DNA of 64,000 nt from Patescibacteria group bacterium (GTDB taxonomy: Bacteria; Patescibacteriota; Microgenomatia; Levybacterales; UBA12049): NCBI GenBank assembly GCA_038061615.1, contig JBBTYY010000015.1:1298-65297 (forward strand), read 5' to 3'. Below are positions 28,062-41,159 of this stretch, piece after piece. The notes under the pieces were generated by a model, which saw only the letters and a program-made list of their open reading frames with translations, was not told the origin of the DNA and did not search any database. The position numbers were made by a program, and so were the translations under genes. Position 1 is the stretch's first letter. Every line of letters starts with the position of its first letter.

Positions 28062-28772
28062 TCATTTCCACACCTTCCATTTAGGATCTTCCCGCCAAAA
28101 TTTATTAAGATTATCTACATCCGGATATGTATCCATAGAGTGCCAAAAATCGTCATGGAGATATAGAGAAAGCTGTCTCTTTTTAACAAGCCGTTTTAAA
28201 GCTTGATGCTCCATTTCTCCTTTTTTTAAAAAATCAAAAAAACCTCTTTTAAAAACCATGAATCCTCCGTTTACCCATTCTTTGAGAACAGGTTTTTCGA
28301 TAAATGAGGTGATTATTTTGTTTTTGTCGGTGGCTAGGAGCCCATATTTACTGCGCGGATGAACGCCTGTCACGGTTCCAATCGTTCCCTGTTTTTTATG
28401 AAATTTTACAAGCTCCTTAATGTTAATATCCGATACTCCGTCTCCATAAGTAACCATAAAATTTTCATCTTCTTTTGGAATATAATCTTTCACTCTTAAG
28501 ATTCTTTCTCCCGGCAACGTCTCTTCGCCCGTATCAACGAGGGTGATCTTAAAATCATGGGTCATATGCTTTTGATTTAGAAAATATTGTTTAATATAGT
28601 CCCCCTTATAGCCCAAGGCGATAATAAATTCATTAAAGCCATAATAAGAATATATTTTCATTATGTGCCAGAGAATTGGTTTTCCTCCGATATTTACCAT
28701 TGGCTTTGGCTTAAACTCTGTTTCTTCTTTTAGTCGGTAACCAATTCCCCCACAAAGAATTATTGTTTTCAT
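28062..28772 (-). CDS. rfbF: glucose-1-phosphate cytidylyltransferase
   Basis: LCGGIGYRLKEET, PKPMVNIGGKPILWHIMK, TYGDGVSD and FWHSMDT. Confidence 0.85.
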   Translation of the reverse strand: MKTIILCGGIGYRLKEETEFKPKPMVNIGGKPILWHIMKIYSYYGFNEFIIALGYKGDYIKQYFLNQKHMTHDFKITLVDTGEETLPGERILRVKDYIPKEDENFMVTYGDGVSDINIKELVKFHKKQGTIGTVTGVHPRSKYGLLATDKNKIITSFIEKPVLKEWVNGGFMVFKRGFFDFLKKGEMEHQALKRLVKKRQLSLYLHDDFWHSMDTYPDVDNLNKFWREDPKWKVWK

Positions 28773-28779
28773 ATCAAGA

Positions 28780-29814
28780 TTATACCTTTCTTTTTACAAA
28801 TGAGAAAGCCTGAATCATCCAGAATGTTTCATAGTAAACCAAAAAAATATCGATAAATGGTAAAAAAATAATTCGGGGATTTAATAAGGTAGATAAAGTT
28901 GTATATATTTTTTTTGAATTAACAAAGGCATAGATAATTAATAATACTATCCCAAACAAATGCAGGTTTGGTATAAATGGCAAAATTGCTAATCCCGGCT
29001 TAATCAAAAAATTCAAAACTCCTAGCGGAATGAGTAATCCTTTTCCATAAGTTTTAAGCGGAAGAGATTTTCCTTGAAATCTTATAAGCCTGCCATAAGT
29101 TCTGGCCAGTAGTTTTCTATTTTTTATCCAATCAGACAAAGAGTAATTGTTGCCTAAGTAATGCAGATGAATTACTTTAGCCTTACTTAGAATAAGCTTT
29201 CCTTTATTTTCCAAGCGTAAATATAAATCTGCATCTTCACCTCCAACACTTACATCTCCACCAAACGATATCTCATTAAATCCTCCCACTCGTACAAATG
29301 CCTTTTTTTTCACACAATCAAATTTACCATTAAAACCGGCACTTTCTTTATCAACTGATCTTGAAAAAAGACATTTCTGCCAAAAATTATAAGTATCCCA
29401 TACATTTTTCGGCAATATCACTTTTGGATATGACGCAACAACTTTTAAGTCCTTTCCGAAAGGCTCAACTAATTTTTCAATTTCATGGTCAGAAGGAAGC
29501 GAACTGTCCGAATGCATAAATATTACATGAGATGAAATAGCTTTCTTTACACCAAAATTATAACTTGCGCCAACACCCTTATTTTCCTTTCGTCTAATGA
29601 TATGTACGGGAATTATAGATTTTTTTGCAAATTCTAAAGCTAATTCAACAGAATTGTCAGTTGAAACATTATCAACTATTATTATTTCCTTTATTGGATA
29701 ACTCTGTCTTACAACGCTTTTTAGTGTATGCAAAATTGTCGTCGCAGAATTTTTCATGGGAATAATGACGCTTACCAGAAAAGGTGCAATTCTCTCCAAT
29801 TGATGTTGTTTCAT
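28780..29814 (-). CDS. GT2 glycosyltransferase
   Basis: VSVIIP, VDNVSTD, HSD and GGED. Confidence 0.85.
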   Translation of the reverse strand: MKQHQLERIAPFLVSVIIPMKNSATTILHTLKSVVRQSYPIKEIIIVDNVSTDNSVELALEFAKKSIIPVHIIRRKENKGVGASYNFGVKKAISSHVIFMHSDSSLPSDHEIEKLVEPFGKDLKVVASYPKVILPKNVWDTYNFWQKCLFSRSVDKESAGFNGKFDCVKKKAFVRVGGFNEISFGGDVSVGGEDADLYLRLENKGKLILSKAKVIHLHYLGNNYSLSDWIKNRKLLARTYGRLIRFQGKSLPLKTYGKGLLIPLGVLNFLIKPGLAILPFIPNLHLFGIVLLIIYAFVNSKKIYTTLSTLLNPRIIFLPFIDIFLVYYETFWMIQAFSFVKRKV

Positions 29815-29815
29815 A

Positions 29816-30925
29816 TTAACAGTCTTCTAAAAAATTGAATTTTTGAGCGTAATAGTTTTCGTAGTAAAAATAATTGTTAAACCTTTTTAACCCTTCCAAA
29901 TAGACATCACAGCTCTTTCTTATTTTTTCAATCGCAATACGAAGTGATTCTATGTCCCGGTTAATAACTTCTCCTGCATTAAATTTCTTGACATAGGGAG
30001 CTATGATTGATGTATTTGACATAATAATTGGCAGTCCAAGCTCTGCGTATTCTTTTATCTTACCCGGATCAACATAATAAGTCCCATGTATACTGCCCGT
30101 AAGATAAGGAGCCACTCCGACGAAACATTTCTTTGAGATTGCCTCAAGTTCTTCCTTCGGAATAAATTTATTAGGAAAGTAAACTCGGTTTGTAATCCTA
30201 TATTGAGTAAGAAGTTTTTTATATTTCTTATATAGTTTGCCATCGCAAACTCCAATAATACTAAACTTGTACTCTTTATTTTCTTTCAAAAAGGAGAAAA
30301 TAAGATCCAGTCCCTGAGATTCTTTTATAACGCCTACAAAAAGCATTGTAAGTGAGCCTTGAGGAATACCTTTTCGTATAATTCTTGGTCTTACTCCCCA
30401 CAAAATAGTTTTTCTTTTTTTTGTGTTAATAATTTTTCCGTTCATTAATTTATTGACTCTATCTCCAAAATAGGCTGTAAAATTAACCCTCTTGTGATAA
30501 AAGTTCTTAAGATCATCAAATAATCGTAGTGTTAGATTGGCTCTTGGAAAATATTCAATCCAAAAGACAAATCTGATATTTTTTAACAATCTTTGAGCAA
30601 ACATACCAAAAAAAGAAATTGGGTGAAAGGTAATAACAACTGCTTTATCTTCCCTTGTAAAATATTTAAAAATAAACTTAATATAACTTACGTACCATAA
30701 AAAATAATATAGAAAAATATTTTTAGATAACTCAATTTCTTTCTGTTCTATTATTGATCCCTCGTTATAAACACGCACTATATTGCCTTTATTTTTTATC
30801 CTTGGCTGGACAATAAATACGACAAGCTTCTGTGTATTTTTAGCAAAATATTCCTCTATATTGCCGCAAAACTGTAGACTTGCATACAAAAAAATATTTT
30901 TATATCTGAATCTTTTACTTATCAT
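29816..30925 (-). CDS. GT4 glycosyltransferase
   Basis: DPGKIKEYAELGLPII. Confidence 0.8.
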   Translation of the reverse strand: MISKRFRYKNIFLYASLQFCGNIEEYFAKNTQKLVVFIVQPRIKNKGNIVRVYNEGSIIEQKEIELSKNIFLYYFLWYVSYIKFIFKYFTREDKAVVITFHPISFFGMFAQRLLKNIRFVFWIEYFPRANLTLRLFDDLKNFYHKRVNFTAYFGDRVNKLMNGKIINTKKRKTILWGVRPRIIRKGIPQGSLTMLFVGVIKESQGLDLIFSFLKENKEYKFSIIGVCDGKLYKKYKKLLTQYRITNRVYFPNKFIPKEELEAISKKCFVGVAPYLTGSIHGTYYVDPGKIKEYAELGLPIIMSNTSIIAPYVKKFNAGEVINRDIESLRIAIEKIRKSCDVYLEGLKRFNNYFYYENYYAQKFNFLEDC

Positions 30926-31655
30926 TTTGAAAAATTACAGAAATATTATTAGCTCCATACTGAATATCTTGCTTTTTTCTGTCTTGTTTTTCTAAAAACT
31001 CATCGAATCTATGAATCCCTATCGACTCCGAAAATATAACCCCAAACACTTTGAGAAGATGTCCTGTATAAAATACTTTTAAGACTTTTAACCGAAACTT
31101 CTCTTTGAGACTATTTAAATCGTATCTTCTTAAATGACCCAGACGCTTGTCGTAGAGAATATTTATTAACCATAGAAACGGCCAGACATACTTCAAAGAA
31201 AGCGGCACTGTAATAAGCATTTTCCCTTCTTTTCTTAATACCTTCCTCCATTTGTAAATTGCTTTCTTTTCATTGGGAATGTGTTCCAATAGTGCGTTGG
31301 CAACAATATAGTCAACTGAATTATCCGCAAGCGGTATATCTTCCGCCTTACATACGAGAAACTTTAAGTTGCTCAGCGAAAGCTGACTTTTATATTTTTT
31401 TAAATTCTCTATTGCTTGTTCACTCATATCACACGCTATTACATTTATTCCATACTTTGCCAATTCCACTGCCACATAACCAGAACCCGCTCCAATATCA
31501 AGAAGGGTTTTGTTTTTAAAATCGTTATCTAGGAGATATTCTTTTATTCTCTGAATATAACTTTTTTGCCAAGCAGCCAACTTGTATTGTGAAATACCAG
31601 AAAACTCTTTTTCAAAATAGCTAAGCTGTTTTTTGTAATGAGCCTTCTTATTCAT
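30915..31655 (-). CDS. class I SAM-dependent methyltransferase
   Basis: LLDIGAGSG and LEHIP. Confidence 0.9.
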   Translation of the reverse strand: MNKKAHYKKQLSYFEKEFSGISQYKLAAWQKSYIQRIKEYLLDNDFKNKTLLDIGAGSGYVAVELAKYGINVIACDMSEQAIENLKKYKSQLSLSNLKFLVCKAEDIPLADNSVDYIVANALLEHIPNEKKAIYKWRKVLRKEGKMLITVPLSLKYVWPFLWLINILYDKRLGHLRRYDLNSLKEKFRLKVLKVFYTGHLLKVFGVIFSESIGIHRFDEFLEKQDRKKQDIQYGANNISVIFQNDK

Positions 31656-31664
31656 TGAGAAGTT

Positions 31665-32906
31665 TTATAGCCTAGTTTCTCCGTTTTTATCTATAACGTA
31701 TGGGTAGGGCATTATAAAAAGTAGTTTTCCGCCCTTTCTGATATACTCCCTTTCTCTCTCCAGAATTTCCTCTTTAAAATTCCATGGAATGACAAACATA
31801 CAATCCGGCTTAAGCTTTCTTGCCTCTTCCTCCGAAATTAATATCATATCTGTACCTAATGTTCGCAGTCCAATCTTGAAAGGATTCCTTTCGCTAATAT
31901 AAGGAAGCATTTTCTTGTTTATTCCGCAAAGCTGGAGCATAACATTGCCCTTAGTTGATGCCCCCAAACCGATAACCAATCCTTTTTGATTTGCAATGTA
32001 CTTTTTAACCTTTTTAGTATTTATTTCTATTAATTTTGAAAAGGCGTCGTATGTTTGCGGGCTCTCAAGCTGGAGCACTTTTTCTTTGAGAAGCAAATAC
32101 TCCAAATTTGCCGATTTCGGTCTTTTTGCTTCCTTATGCGCCGCCATTATCCTTAAGCTCCCTCCATTTACAAAATTAGTCGATGCGTCAAAAACTTCCA
32201 TTCCATTTTTTTCCATTAGGTAACTTAGCGTTTTTAGAGAAAAATACTCTAGATGTTCGTGACAAATATCATAAAAATTCATATCTTTGATCGTGTCGTA
32301 TAAATAACTTACTTGGATACAAAGAACACCATCTTTACCCAAAATTCTCTTAAGCTGCTTTACTCCTTCATTTGGATTATCTAAATCGTAGAACATAGCC
32401 GTTGAGGTAATAATTTTGAATTTTTTTCCCTCTAATTGTGGGCTTGGAAAATAATCATTAATTATTTTAATTGATTTATCAAGATGACTCCAATCAATAT
32501 TTTTTGCCGGATCAATGCCATATCTGTTTAGTTTTTTAGAGTAAAATGTAAGCATTAGTCCATCATTACATCCCACATCCAGCACATTATCACCATCCTT
32601 TAAAACTACACTACCTGTTACATCGGCTACTACGTCTCTTAAATCTCTATTCATCGTATTTGAGACATTTGAACGATAAAAGTAATTTGAATATAAGAGA
32701 TCCGGATTGACCGTCTCGAGTAATTGAACTAGGCCACACTTTTTACAAAGAAGTAAGGTCATGGGAATCTTAATTTTAGATTTCGGGTTGTTTAAATTCG
32801 TTTCTACAAAAGTGGATGCGATATATTGAGGTTTTATTTTAACGACAGCGATCAGGCTGATTGAGTGACAAGTCCTACACTTCTTAACGAGTCTAAAATT
32901 TTCCAT
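31665..32906 (-). CDS. NDP-hexose C-methyltransferase (second copy)
   Basis: CRTC/CKKC, DVGCNDG, HEHLEY, GASTKGN and PWNF. Start set to ATG 32906. Confidence 0.88.
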   Translation of the reverse strand: MENFRLVKKCRTCHSISLIAVVKIKPQYIASTFVETNLNNPKSKIKIPMTLLLCKKCGLVQLLETVNPDLLYSNYFYRSNVSNTMNRDLRDVVADVTGSVVLKDGDNVLDVGCNDGLMLTFYSKKLNRYGIDPAKNIDWSHLDKSIKIINDYFPSPQLEGKKFKIITSTAMFYDLDNPNEGVKQLKRILGKDGVLCIQVSYLYDTIKDMNFYDICHEHLEYFSLKTLSYLMEKNGMEVFDASTNFVNGGSLRIMAAHKEAKRPKSANLEYLLLKEKVLQLESPQTYDAFSKLIEINTKKVKKYIANQKGLVIGLGASTKGNVMLQLCGINKKMLPYISERNPFKIGLRTLGTDMILISEEEARKLKPDCMFVIPWNFKEEILEREREYIRKGGKLLFIMPYPYVIDKNGETRL

Positions 32907-32955
32907 TAAAGCATATTTTACCCTATTATTGAGCAAGAATACAAGAAGAAATTAG

Positions 32956-33933
32956 CTATCGATGATAGCTTGTATACCACTCAATTGTTCGTCTTAATCC
33001 TTTATCGAGAGTAATCTTTGGCTGAAATCCAAGCTTTTCTTTAGCCTTTTTGTTGTCGCTGTTTCTTCTTGGGCTTCCGTCCGGTTTTGAAGTATCGAAT
33101 TCTATTTTTGTTTTTACACCGCTTATCTTAATAATTTTTTCAACAAGCCGGGTAATCGTGACTTCCTCGTCAGTTCCTATATTTACAGGATCAGCCACCG
33201 GATACTTTTCTATAGTCAGTATCAAGCCTTCAGCAAAGTCTTCAACATATAAAAATGCTCTTGTCTGTCTTCCACTTCCCCAAACCGTAAGCGGATTTTC
33301 CCCATTAAAAACGCGCTTAATAAGAGCGGCGATAACATGGGAATATTGCGGATCGAAATGATCACGAGGTCCATAACAATTATAAGGCCTGGCTATTCCT
33401 ACCTTCATTCCAAATTCTTCTGCGTAATATATTCCTAGTTTCTCAGCCATTCTTTTTGCCCAACCATAACCTCCGTTGGTTGGCTCGGGTTCATCTAAAA
33501 AGCCCTCGGATTCGGGAGTAGGAATCAAACAGTTACGAGGATAGACACAAGCTGAAGAAACAACCAAAAACCGCTCGACGCCTGCTTTCCTTGCAGCTTC
33601 AATCATGTTAGTGCCGATAAGAAGGTTGTCTAACATCATCGTCGCCTGATGCGTCCTGTTGTATTCTATTCCGCCAACTCTTGCAGCCAAGTTCATGACA
33701 ATATTTTGGTTTTTGCACGCATTCAATGCAACTTCCGGATCTTGACAATTTCCATTTATTAGTTTTACATTATTTTTAACAGATTTTAAATTTATTTCTC
33801 TTCCATTTTGAAGATTATCTAAAACCGAAACCCTAGCATTTCTTTTTACCAACTTCTCCACGAGATGACTTCCAACAAATCCTGCTCCTCCGGTGACTAA
33901 TACCCTCTTATTTTTCCAAAAATTGTTAATCAT
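32956..33933 (-). CDS. NAD-dependent GDP-sugar epimerase/reductase (Fcl/GME-like)
   Basis: LAARVGGI, SSACVYP, YGWAK and SHVIAALI. Confidence 0.82.
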   Translation of the reverse strand: MINNFWKNKRVLVTGGAGFVGSHLVEKLVKRNARVSVLDNLQNGREINLKSVKNNVKLINGNCQDPEVALNACKNQNIVMNLAARVGGIEYNRTHQATMMLDNLLIGTNMIEAARKAGVERFLVVSSACVYPRNCLIPTPESEGFLDEPEPTNGGYGWAKRMAEKLGIYYAEEFGMKVGIARPYNCYGPRDHFDPQYSHVIAALIKRVFNGENPLTVWGSGRQTRAFLYVEDFAEGLILTIEKYPVADPVNIGTDEEVTITRLVEKIIKISGVKTKIEFDTSKPDGSPRRNSDNKKAKEKLGFQPKITLDKGLRRTIEWYTSYHR

Positions 33934-35102
33934 TTGTAAATATTTTAATAATCTCTAACATTTCTTTTTTTGTTAAATCTGGGTTATTCCCAAAATACAA
34001 GCCCTGCTTATGAACCACATTAGCGTTTGAGTTCTTAATAACATGCATAAAATAAGGCATATATTTACTAAAGAAAGGCTGAGCCGTCATGTCCCCTCCT
34101 ACGATTGGCCTAATTTCTACCTTATCTTTGCACTTATCTACCAACTTATTTCTTGTCTCTTGAGTTTTACAAATTATTGGAACCGCAAAATTTGAAAGAA
34201 AATCAATATGATCATATTTTATGGGATAGTATCGGTCTGTTCGCTCGTAAATCGGCTTTGCCATTGTAAAAAAATTATCTCTGCGTTTGCGTATTATTTC
34301 ATCTATATAGCCAAGCTGAGTATTTCCGATAAAACCATTTATTTCTGTAGTTCTTAAATTATAGCCTAAATCGTAAAATGTATAACGGGAGTAAAATGTC
34401 GAATTAACATTATGTTCCAGTCTTATCTTTAGCTGTTTTTTTTCTGTTAAATTCCTGTCCCATCCATGAGCCCGGACAAGCTGAAGCATAGTTTCAAGTT
34501 CTTCATCGTCTGTACAGATTGCTCCACCCTCAATTGTCGAAAGATGATGACCAACATAGAAAGAGAATGTAGAAGCTACTCCAAAGTTACCAAGTTTTTT
34601 ACCTTTATAGACTGTCCCTAAAGATTCACAGTTATCCTCAATCAGTATTATTCTTTTCTCATCGCAAATTCTTTTAATTTCATCAATATCGTCACAAAAC
34701 CCAAGTAAATTTGTAAGGAATAGTATCTTAATTGGATATTTCTTGATTACATCAAGCAATTTTTTGCTTGAAACGTTTAGCGTATCGAGTTCAATATCGA
34801 TAGGAACAGTTTTTAGTCCGAGTTGAATAATAGGCATTACATTTGTAGACCAGGTAAGCGCAGAAAAACCTACGCTATCCCCTTTTTTTATTTTATCCAA
34901 GTTTAGAAGAGCTTGTATTAAAGCAAGGTTGGCAGAGCTTCCGCTATTAACAAATACGCAATATTTTCTACCTTGGTATAAGGCAAAATTTTTTTCGAAT
35001 TTCTTACACTGCTCTCCAATGCTAAGCTTCTCCGAAGACATTATAAATTTACTCAATTTTTCCTTTGTATCTGACTCTTTGTAAAATGTTGATTTAATAA
35101 GC

Positions 35103-35110
<8 letters not shown>
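33926..35110 (-). CDS. DegT-family GDP-4-keto-6-deoxymannose 3-dehydratase-like (ColD-like)
   Basis: VNSGSSAN, EDNCESLG, SFYVGHHLSTIEGG and RAHGW. Confidence 0.8.
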
Positions 35111-37191
<2,081 letters not shown>

Positions 37192-38220
37192 TCAATCTTT
37201 ATAATACTTTAGTCCCTTAAATAAGTAAAGATAATAGGATAGACGAGGACTTTTACTGACCTTTGATAAAAAAATTGAATCTTTTACTTTTCTTATCTTT
37301 TTTTGCACTATATTTCTCTTCCCTAAAGTCCTAGATAAATTTGCTAAATTCCAAAGCATTGCCTTTTGAATAGCAAGAAATAACCTTAGTCTTCCTGTAA
37401 AAAAGTAAATAACAGCAATTGCTTGACAAATGAGCAAATGCAGGGGCAAAATCCAAATCAAGGTTCTTACTTCAAAATTTTTTAAATAGCTTGATATTCT
37501 ATTTTTAAAAGAGTGAAAAAAAATTTTCTCATTACCAAATTTTCTTGCAGAAACTCCTCCTTTATGATAAATCGATGATTCCGGTGTGTAAATGATTTTG
37601 TATCCTGCAAGGTGAACGCGTAAACAAAAATCTGTTTCTTCGAAATAAAGGAAGAAATCTGAATCAAAAAGTCCAATTTTATCTATCAATTTTTTCCTGA
37701 CAAGCATACACGCGCCATAAGCTGAAAATATTTCATTTTCCTTGTTATATGTAAAAAGATTGGATTTTTTCCCATAACCAGGATAGTAAAGAAATCCTGT
37801 TGGAGTAAAAAATGCGCCAATTGAGTTAATTGTATTATCGTTATAGGATGGATTTCCCTTGTAGAGAATTTTTGGTTGGACGATACCAATATCTTTATCT
37901 TTCTCTAAAAATGCGACCAAATGTTTAAGAAAATTTTTTGTGACGATGGTATCATTGTTGAGAAGGAGTACATACTCTCCTTTTGCTTTTGCACATGCAA
38001 TATTATTGCCTTGAGCAAATCCTAAATTCCTATCGCTCTCTATAAGTTCCACTTTCTTGAAATCCTTGATTATCTCCTTTGATTTATCGGTAGAGTTATT
38101 ATCTAAAACAATTACTTGAATATTTCTATAATTTTGAGTAAATAAGGAGGACAGACATTCCTGCAGAATATCTTCTCCATTCCAATTTATTATAACAACC
38201 GAAACAAGAGGCTTATTCAT
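37192..38220 (-). CDS. GT2 glycosyltransferase (rhamnosyltransferase-like)
   Basis: NLGFAQGNN, LLNND and YFEETDFC. Start set to ATG 38220. Confidence 0.88.
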   Translation of the reverse strand: MNKPLVSVVIINWNGEDILQECLSSLFTQNYRNIQVIVLDNNSTDKSKEIIKDFKKVELIESDRNLGFAQGNNIACAKAKGEYVLLLNNDTIVTKNFLKHLVAFLEKDKDIGIVQPKILYKGNPSYNDNTINSIGAFFTPTGFLYYPGYGKKSNLFTYNKENEIFSAYGACMLVRKKLIDKIGLFDSDFFLYFEETDFCLRVHLAGYKIIYTPESSIYHKGGVSARKFGNEKIFFHSFKNRISSYLKNFEVRTLIWILPLHLLICQAIAVIYFFTGRLRLFLAIQKAMLWNLANLSRTLGKRNIVQKKIRKVKDSIFLSKVSKSPRLSYYLYLFKGLKYYKD

Positions 38221-39157
38221 GGAGATTTTTAAAATATTGCCTATGCCAATCAATTGTTTTTCTTAAACCTTCATCAAGGTTAATTTTTGGTTTCCACTCA
38301 AGTAACTTTGTTGCTTTATCAAAAGAAACGTATTGCGATTCTATTTCTCCTTCTCTTTTATCGCTTACTTTTTTTATTTCGATTTTTTTACCGGAAACAT
38401 TGATAATTTTTTTAATTAAATCTTCAACGCTAATTATACTGTTTCCTCCAAAATTAAAAACCCCATTTTCGTCAACTTTTTTTATTTCTGTCTTGGCAAG
38501 CAGTAAGTATGCGTCAATCGCATCATCAATAAATAGATAATCTCTAATAGCCTCTCCTCCCCACATCCTGGGAGGTAAGTCCTCAAGAACACTTTTAATT
38601 GTCTTGGGAATAAGCCTTTGAAAATGCAAATCTCCCGGGCCGTAGATATTTACGAATCTTGGTATCAAAATAAAAAGATTAAGGCTCTTTGCATAGGATT
38701 GCGCAATAAGATCTGCACAGGCCTTGGAAGTTTCATATGGTCTTGTCGGTCTTGGCATATAGCTTTCAATATACGGAACCTTGTTTTTGCCGTAAACATG
38801 AGACGTAGAAGCAATTATCACCTTTTCCAATTTATTTTTTCTTGCGCTCTCTAGAATATTTAAGGTTCCCCCTATGTTTACTTTGAAAGTCTCATATGGA
38901 TTAAGCTGACCTTCTTCAACTAAAGATTCTGACGCTAAATGAAAACATATTTGTATCTTTGAATCCTTTATAAATTTATTAACAGCCGTATAATCAAGTA
39001 CATTTGAATTAAGAACTTGCTTATTGAAACTTTCTGACTTAGAAATTCCAAAAACTATAGCTCCTAATGAAGTTAAACGATCTCTTAAAGCTTTACCTAT
39101 AAATCCATTTATACCTGTTATTAGTATTCTTTTATTTTTTAAACTACTATCTTTCAT
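38213..39157 (-). CDS. NDP-sugar 4,6-dehydratase/epimerase
   Basis: TGINGFIG, PYETSK and NIYGPGD. Paralog of 27064-28029. Confidence 0.8.
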   Translation of the reverse strand: MKDSSLKNKRILITGINGFIGKALRDRLTSLGAIVFGISKSESFNKQVLNSNVLDYTAVNKFIKDSKIQICFHLASESLVEEGQLNPYETFKVNIGGTLNILESARKNKLEKVIIASTSHVYGKNKVPYIESYMPRPTRPYETSKACADLIAQSYAKSLNLFILIPRFVNIYGPGDLHFQRLIPKTIKSVLEDLPPRMWGGEAIRDYLFIDDAIDAYLLLAKTEIKKVDENGVFNFGGNSIISVEDLIKKIINVSGKKIEIKKVSDKREGEIESQYVSFDKATKLLEWKPKINLDEGLRKTIDWHRQYFKNLHE

Positions 39158-39159
39158 AG

Positions 39160-39987
39160 TTATTCTCTTCGGAACGCTAATCCTAAAAAGCCCGCCATAA
39201 CCTCAGCGCCTCTCAAAAGTATTATACCAGCTGTTGTAATAGGATTTTTTACAAATATTTTCCAATGTTTTATGTATGCTTTTTTGAAAGGGAAAAATTG
39301 TTTAATCGCAATATTGGGATATCGTTTCAGATATTTTCTAAAGGCTATACTATAATAATATTTCTTTTTTACCCTACTAAAGAACTTCGTTCTTCCTTCA
39401 TCGTGATAAATATAGCTTTTTATCTTTCCTATCTTACCTTTTGCCTGCATTTTATAGTGAAAATCGGAATCTTCAACTCCTACAATGGTGGTATCATAAC
39501 ATCCGATCTTTATGGCATCATTTTTTCTAAAAAATCTACAGCATTCGTTCATGCCTTCTTCGAGAACCGTGCTAACATATCTCTCCATTGCTACGCATTT
39601 GGTCCAAAACCCCTCTCCTATTGAAATTTCAGGTATGGTAAGCGCAATATAATTTTTGCTTATTAATGTATCGTAGCAATCTTTAACGACTTCTTTTGCT
39701 AAATACATATCCTGATCTATAATTAATATGTACTCTCCCTTAGCTTCTTTCATTCCTCTGTTTCTTTGAATGCTTCTTTCCGGTCCATCCTGGAAGTATC
39801 TTGCATATTTTTCGATTATCTTTTTACACCTATCTTGTTTTTCTTTGTCATAATACAAGCTATCCACTACAACAATATCTATATTTGGGTATGTCTGTTT
39901 TTTAATTGATAAAAGACACTTCTCAATAGTTTTTTCAGAATCGTAAGTTGGTATAACTACGGTTACCATAGGAAACTGTTTTTTCAT
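39160..39987 (-). CDS. GT2 glycosyltransferase
   Basis: VVIPTY, ERSIQRN, IDQDM and GVED. Confidence 0.85.
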   Translation of the reverse strand: MKKQFPMVTVVIPTYDSEKTIEKCLLSIKKQTYPNIDIVVVDSLYYDKEKQDRCKKIIEKYARYFQDGPERSIQRNRGMKEAKGEYILIIDQDMYLAKEVVKDCYDTLISKNYIALTIPEISIGEGFWTKCVAMERYVSTVLEEGMNECCRFFRKNDAIKIGCYDTTIVGVEDSDFHYKMQAKGKIGKIKSYIYHDEGRTKFFSRVKKKYYYSIAFRKYLKRYPNIAIKQFFPFKKAYIKHWKIFVKNPITTAGIILLRGAEVMAGFLGLAFRRE

Positions 39988-41120
39988 AAATCCTTTTTAT
40001 TTTTTCCCACCATTTCTATTATTTTTAAACTTTGCTTAGCTGCTTTATCCCAGGTTAAACTTTTCGCCCAGATTAAAGCATTCTTCTGAAAATCTTCATA
40101 CCTTTTTTTATTATTAAGTAGAAGCACTGATTGATTTGCCATTTCTTTAGCATTATTTTCCTTTAAAACTATTCCTGTTTTGCCATCTTTAACAGAATCT
40201 CTAAGCCCTGCAACATCATAAACAATCGAAGGAGTACTCTGACTGGCTGCTTCTATTACAACTAACCCCCAACCCTCTTTTACAGATGTGTGTAAAAGAA
40301 GATGAGCTCTCCTCATGAGCTCAAACTTTTTCTCCTGAGATACAAATCCCCAAAAAGTTATTCTGTCGGAAACGTCAAGTTTTCTTGCCATTTTTTTAAG
40401 ATAATCTATATACTTCCTATCTCCATCTCCAATGATCCATAATCTTGCCTTAGCAGCTGTGGTCAAAATGTTCTTAAACGCCATTATTGCGTCTTCTATG
40501 CCTTTTGATTTAGTTATTCTTCCGACAAAAATTAAAGTAGGGTCTTTCTCTTTTTCTACTTTTTTAATTTTTTTTGGAATTGTTAAGCCCATTGGCAATA
40601 CAGTTATACTTTTAGATTTAACGCCTTCTCTTATAAGCTCTTCCCTTGTGGAATTTGAGATGGTCAAATAAGGAATGTTTTTATAAATAAATCGAAGATA
40701 AAGACGTTCCGTTAGTCTTCCAAATAGTCCAAAAAATGGTCCGAACATTTTTACCCAAAGATTTCCAGCTACTTCGCAAATAAGAACAACTTTTTCTTCT
40801 CTTACATACCAAGGCGTAAAAAACGGTAGTCCGTGGATTTCATCAACAACAACATCAAACTTTCCAACATTATCTTTGTAATATTTGAAAGCCAGAAAAT
40901 GAGCGGAGGAAAATAGAAAACGAGCATCGGGATGACCTCTGCGAATAATTTTTACTCCATTAACTTTTTCTTCTGCGAGACAGTTAGGAAAACTACTTGA
41001 AAATTGAGCAACCTGATGCCCCCATCTTACCCAGCGTTTTGCAATTTCATGTGTAAGAATCTCCGCCCCACCAGAAGAGGGATTTTTTATATCGCGCCAA
41101 TTGAGGATTAATATATTCAT
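39984..41120 (-). CDS. GT4 glycosyltransferase
   Basis: WRDIKNPSSGGAE and KEGWGLVVIEA. Confidence 0.9.
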   Translation of the reverse strand: MNILILNWRDIKNPSSGGAEILTHEIAKRWVRWGHQVAQFSSSFPNCLAEEKVNGVKIIRRGHPDARFLFSSAHFLAFKYYKDNVGKFDVVVDEIHGLPFFTPWYVREEKVVLICEVAGNLWVKMFGPFFGLFGRLTERLYLRFIYKNIPYLTISNSTREELIREGVKSKSITVLPMGLTIPKKIKKVEKEKDPTLIFVGRITKSKGIEDAIMAFKNILTTAAKARLWIIGDGDRKYIDYLKKMARKLDVSDRITFWGFVSQEKKFELMRRAHLLLHTSVKEGWGLVVIEAASQSTPSIVYDVAGLRDSVKDGKTGIVLKENNAKEMANQSVLLLNNKKRYEDFQKNALIWAKSLTWDKAAKQSLKIIEMVGKNKKDL

Positions 41121-41124
41121 ACTT

Positions 41125-41159
41125 CAATAATCAATAAACATACGACAATAAGCAATAAT
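41125..41159. repeat. heptamer array downstream of four-helix-bundle gene
   Basis: caataat caataaa catacga caataag caataat. Confidence 0.75.
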
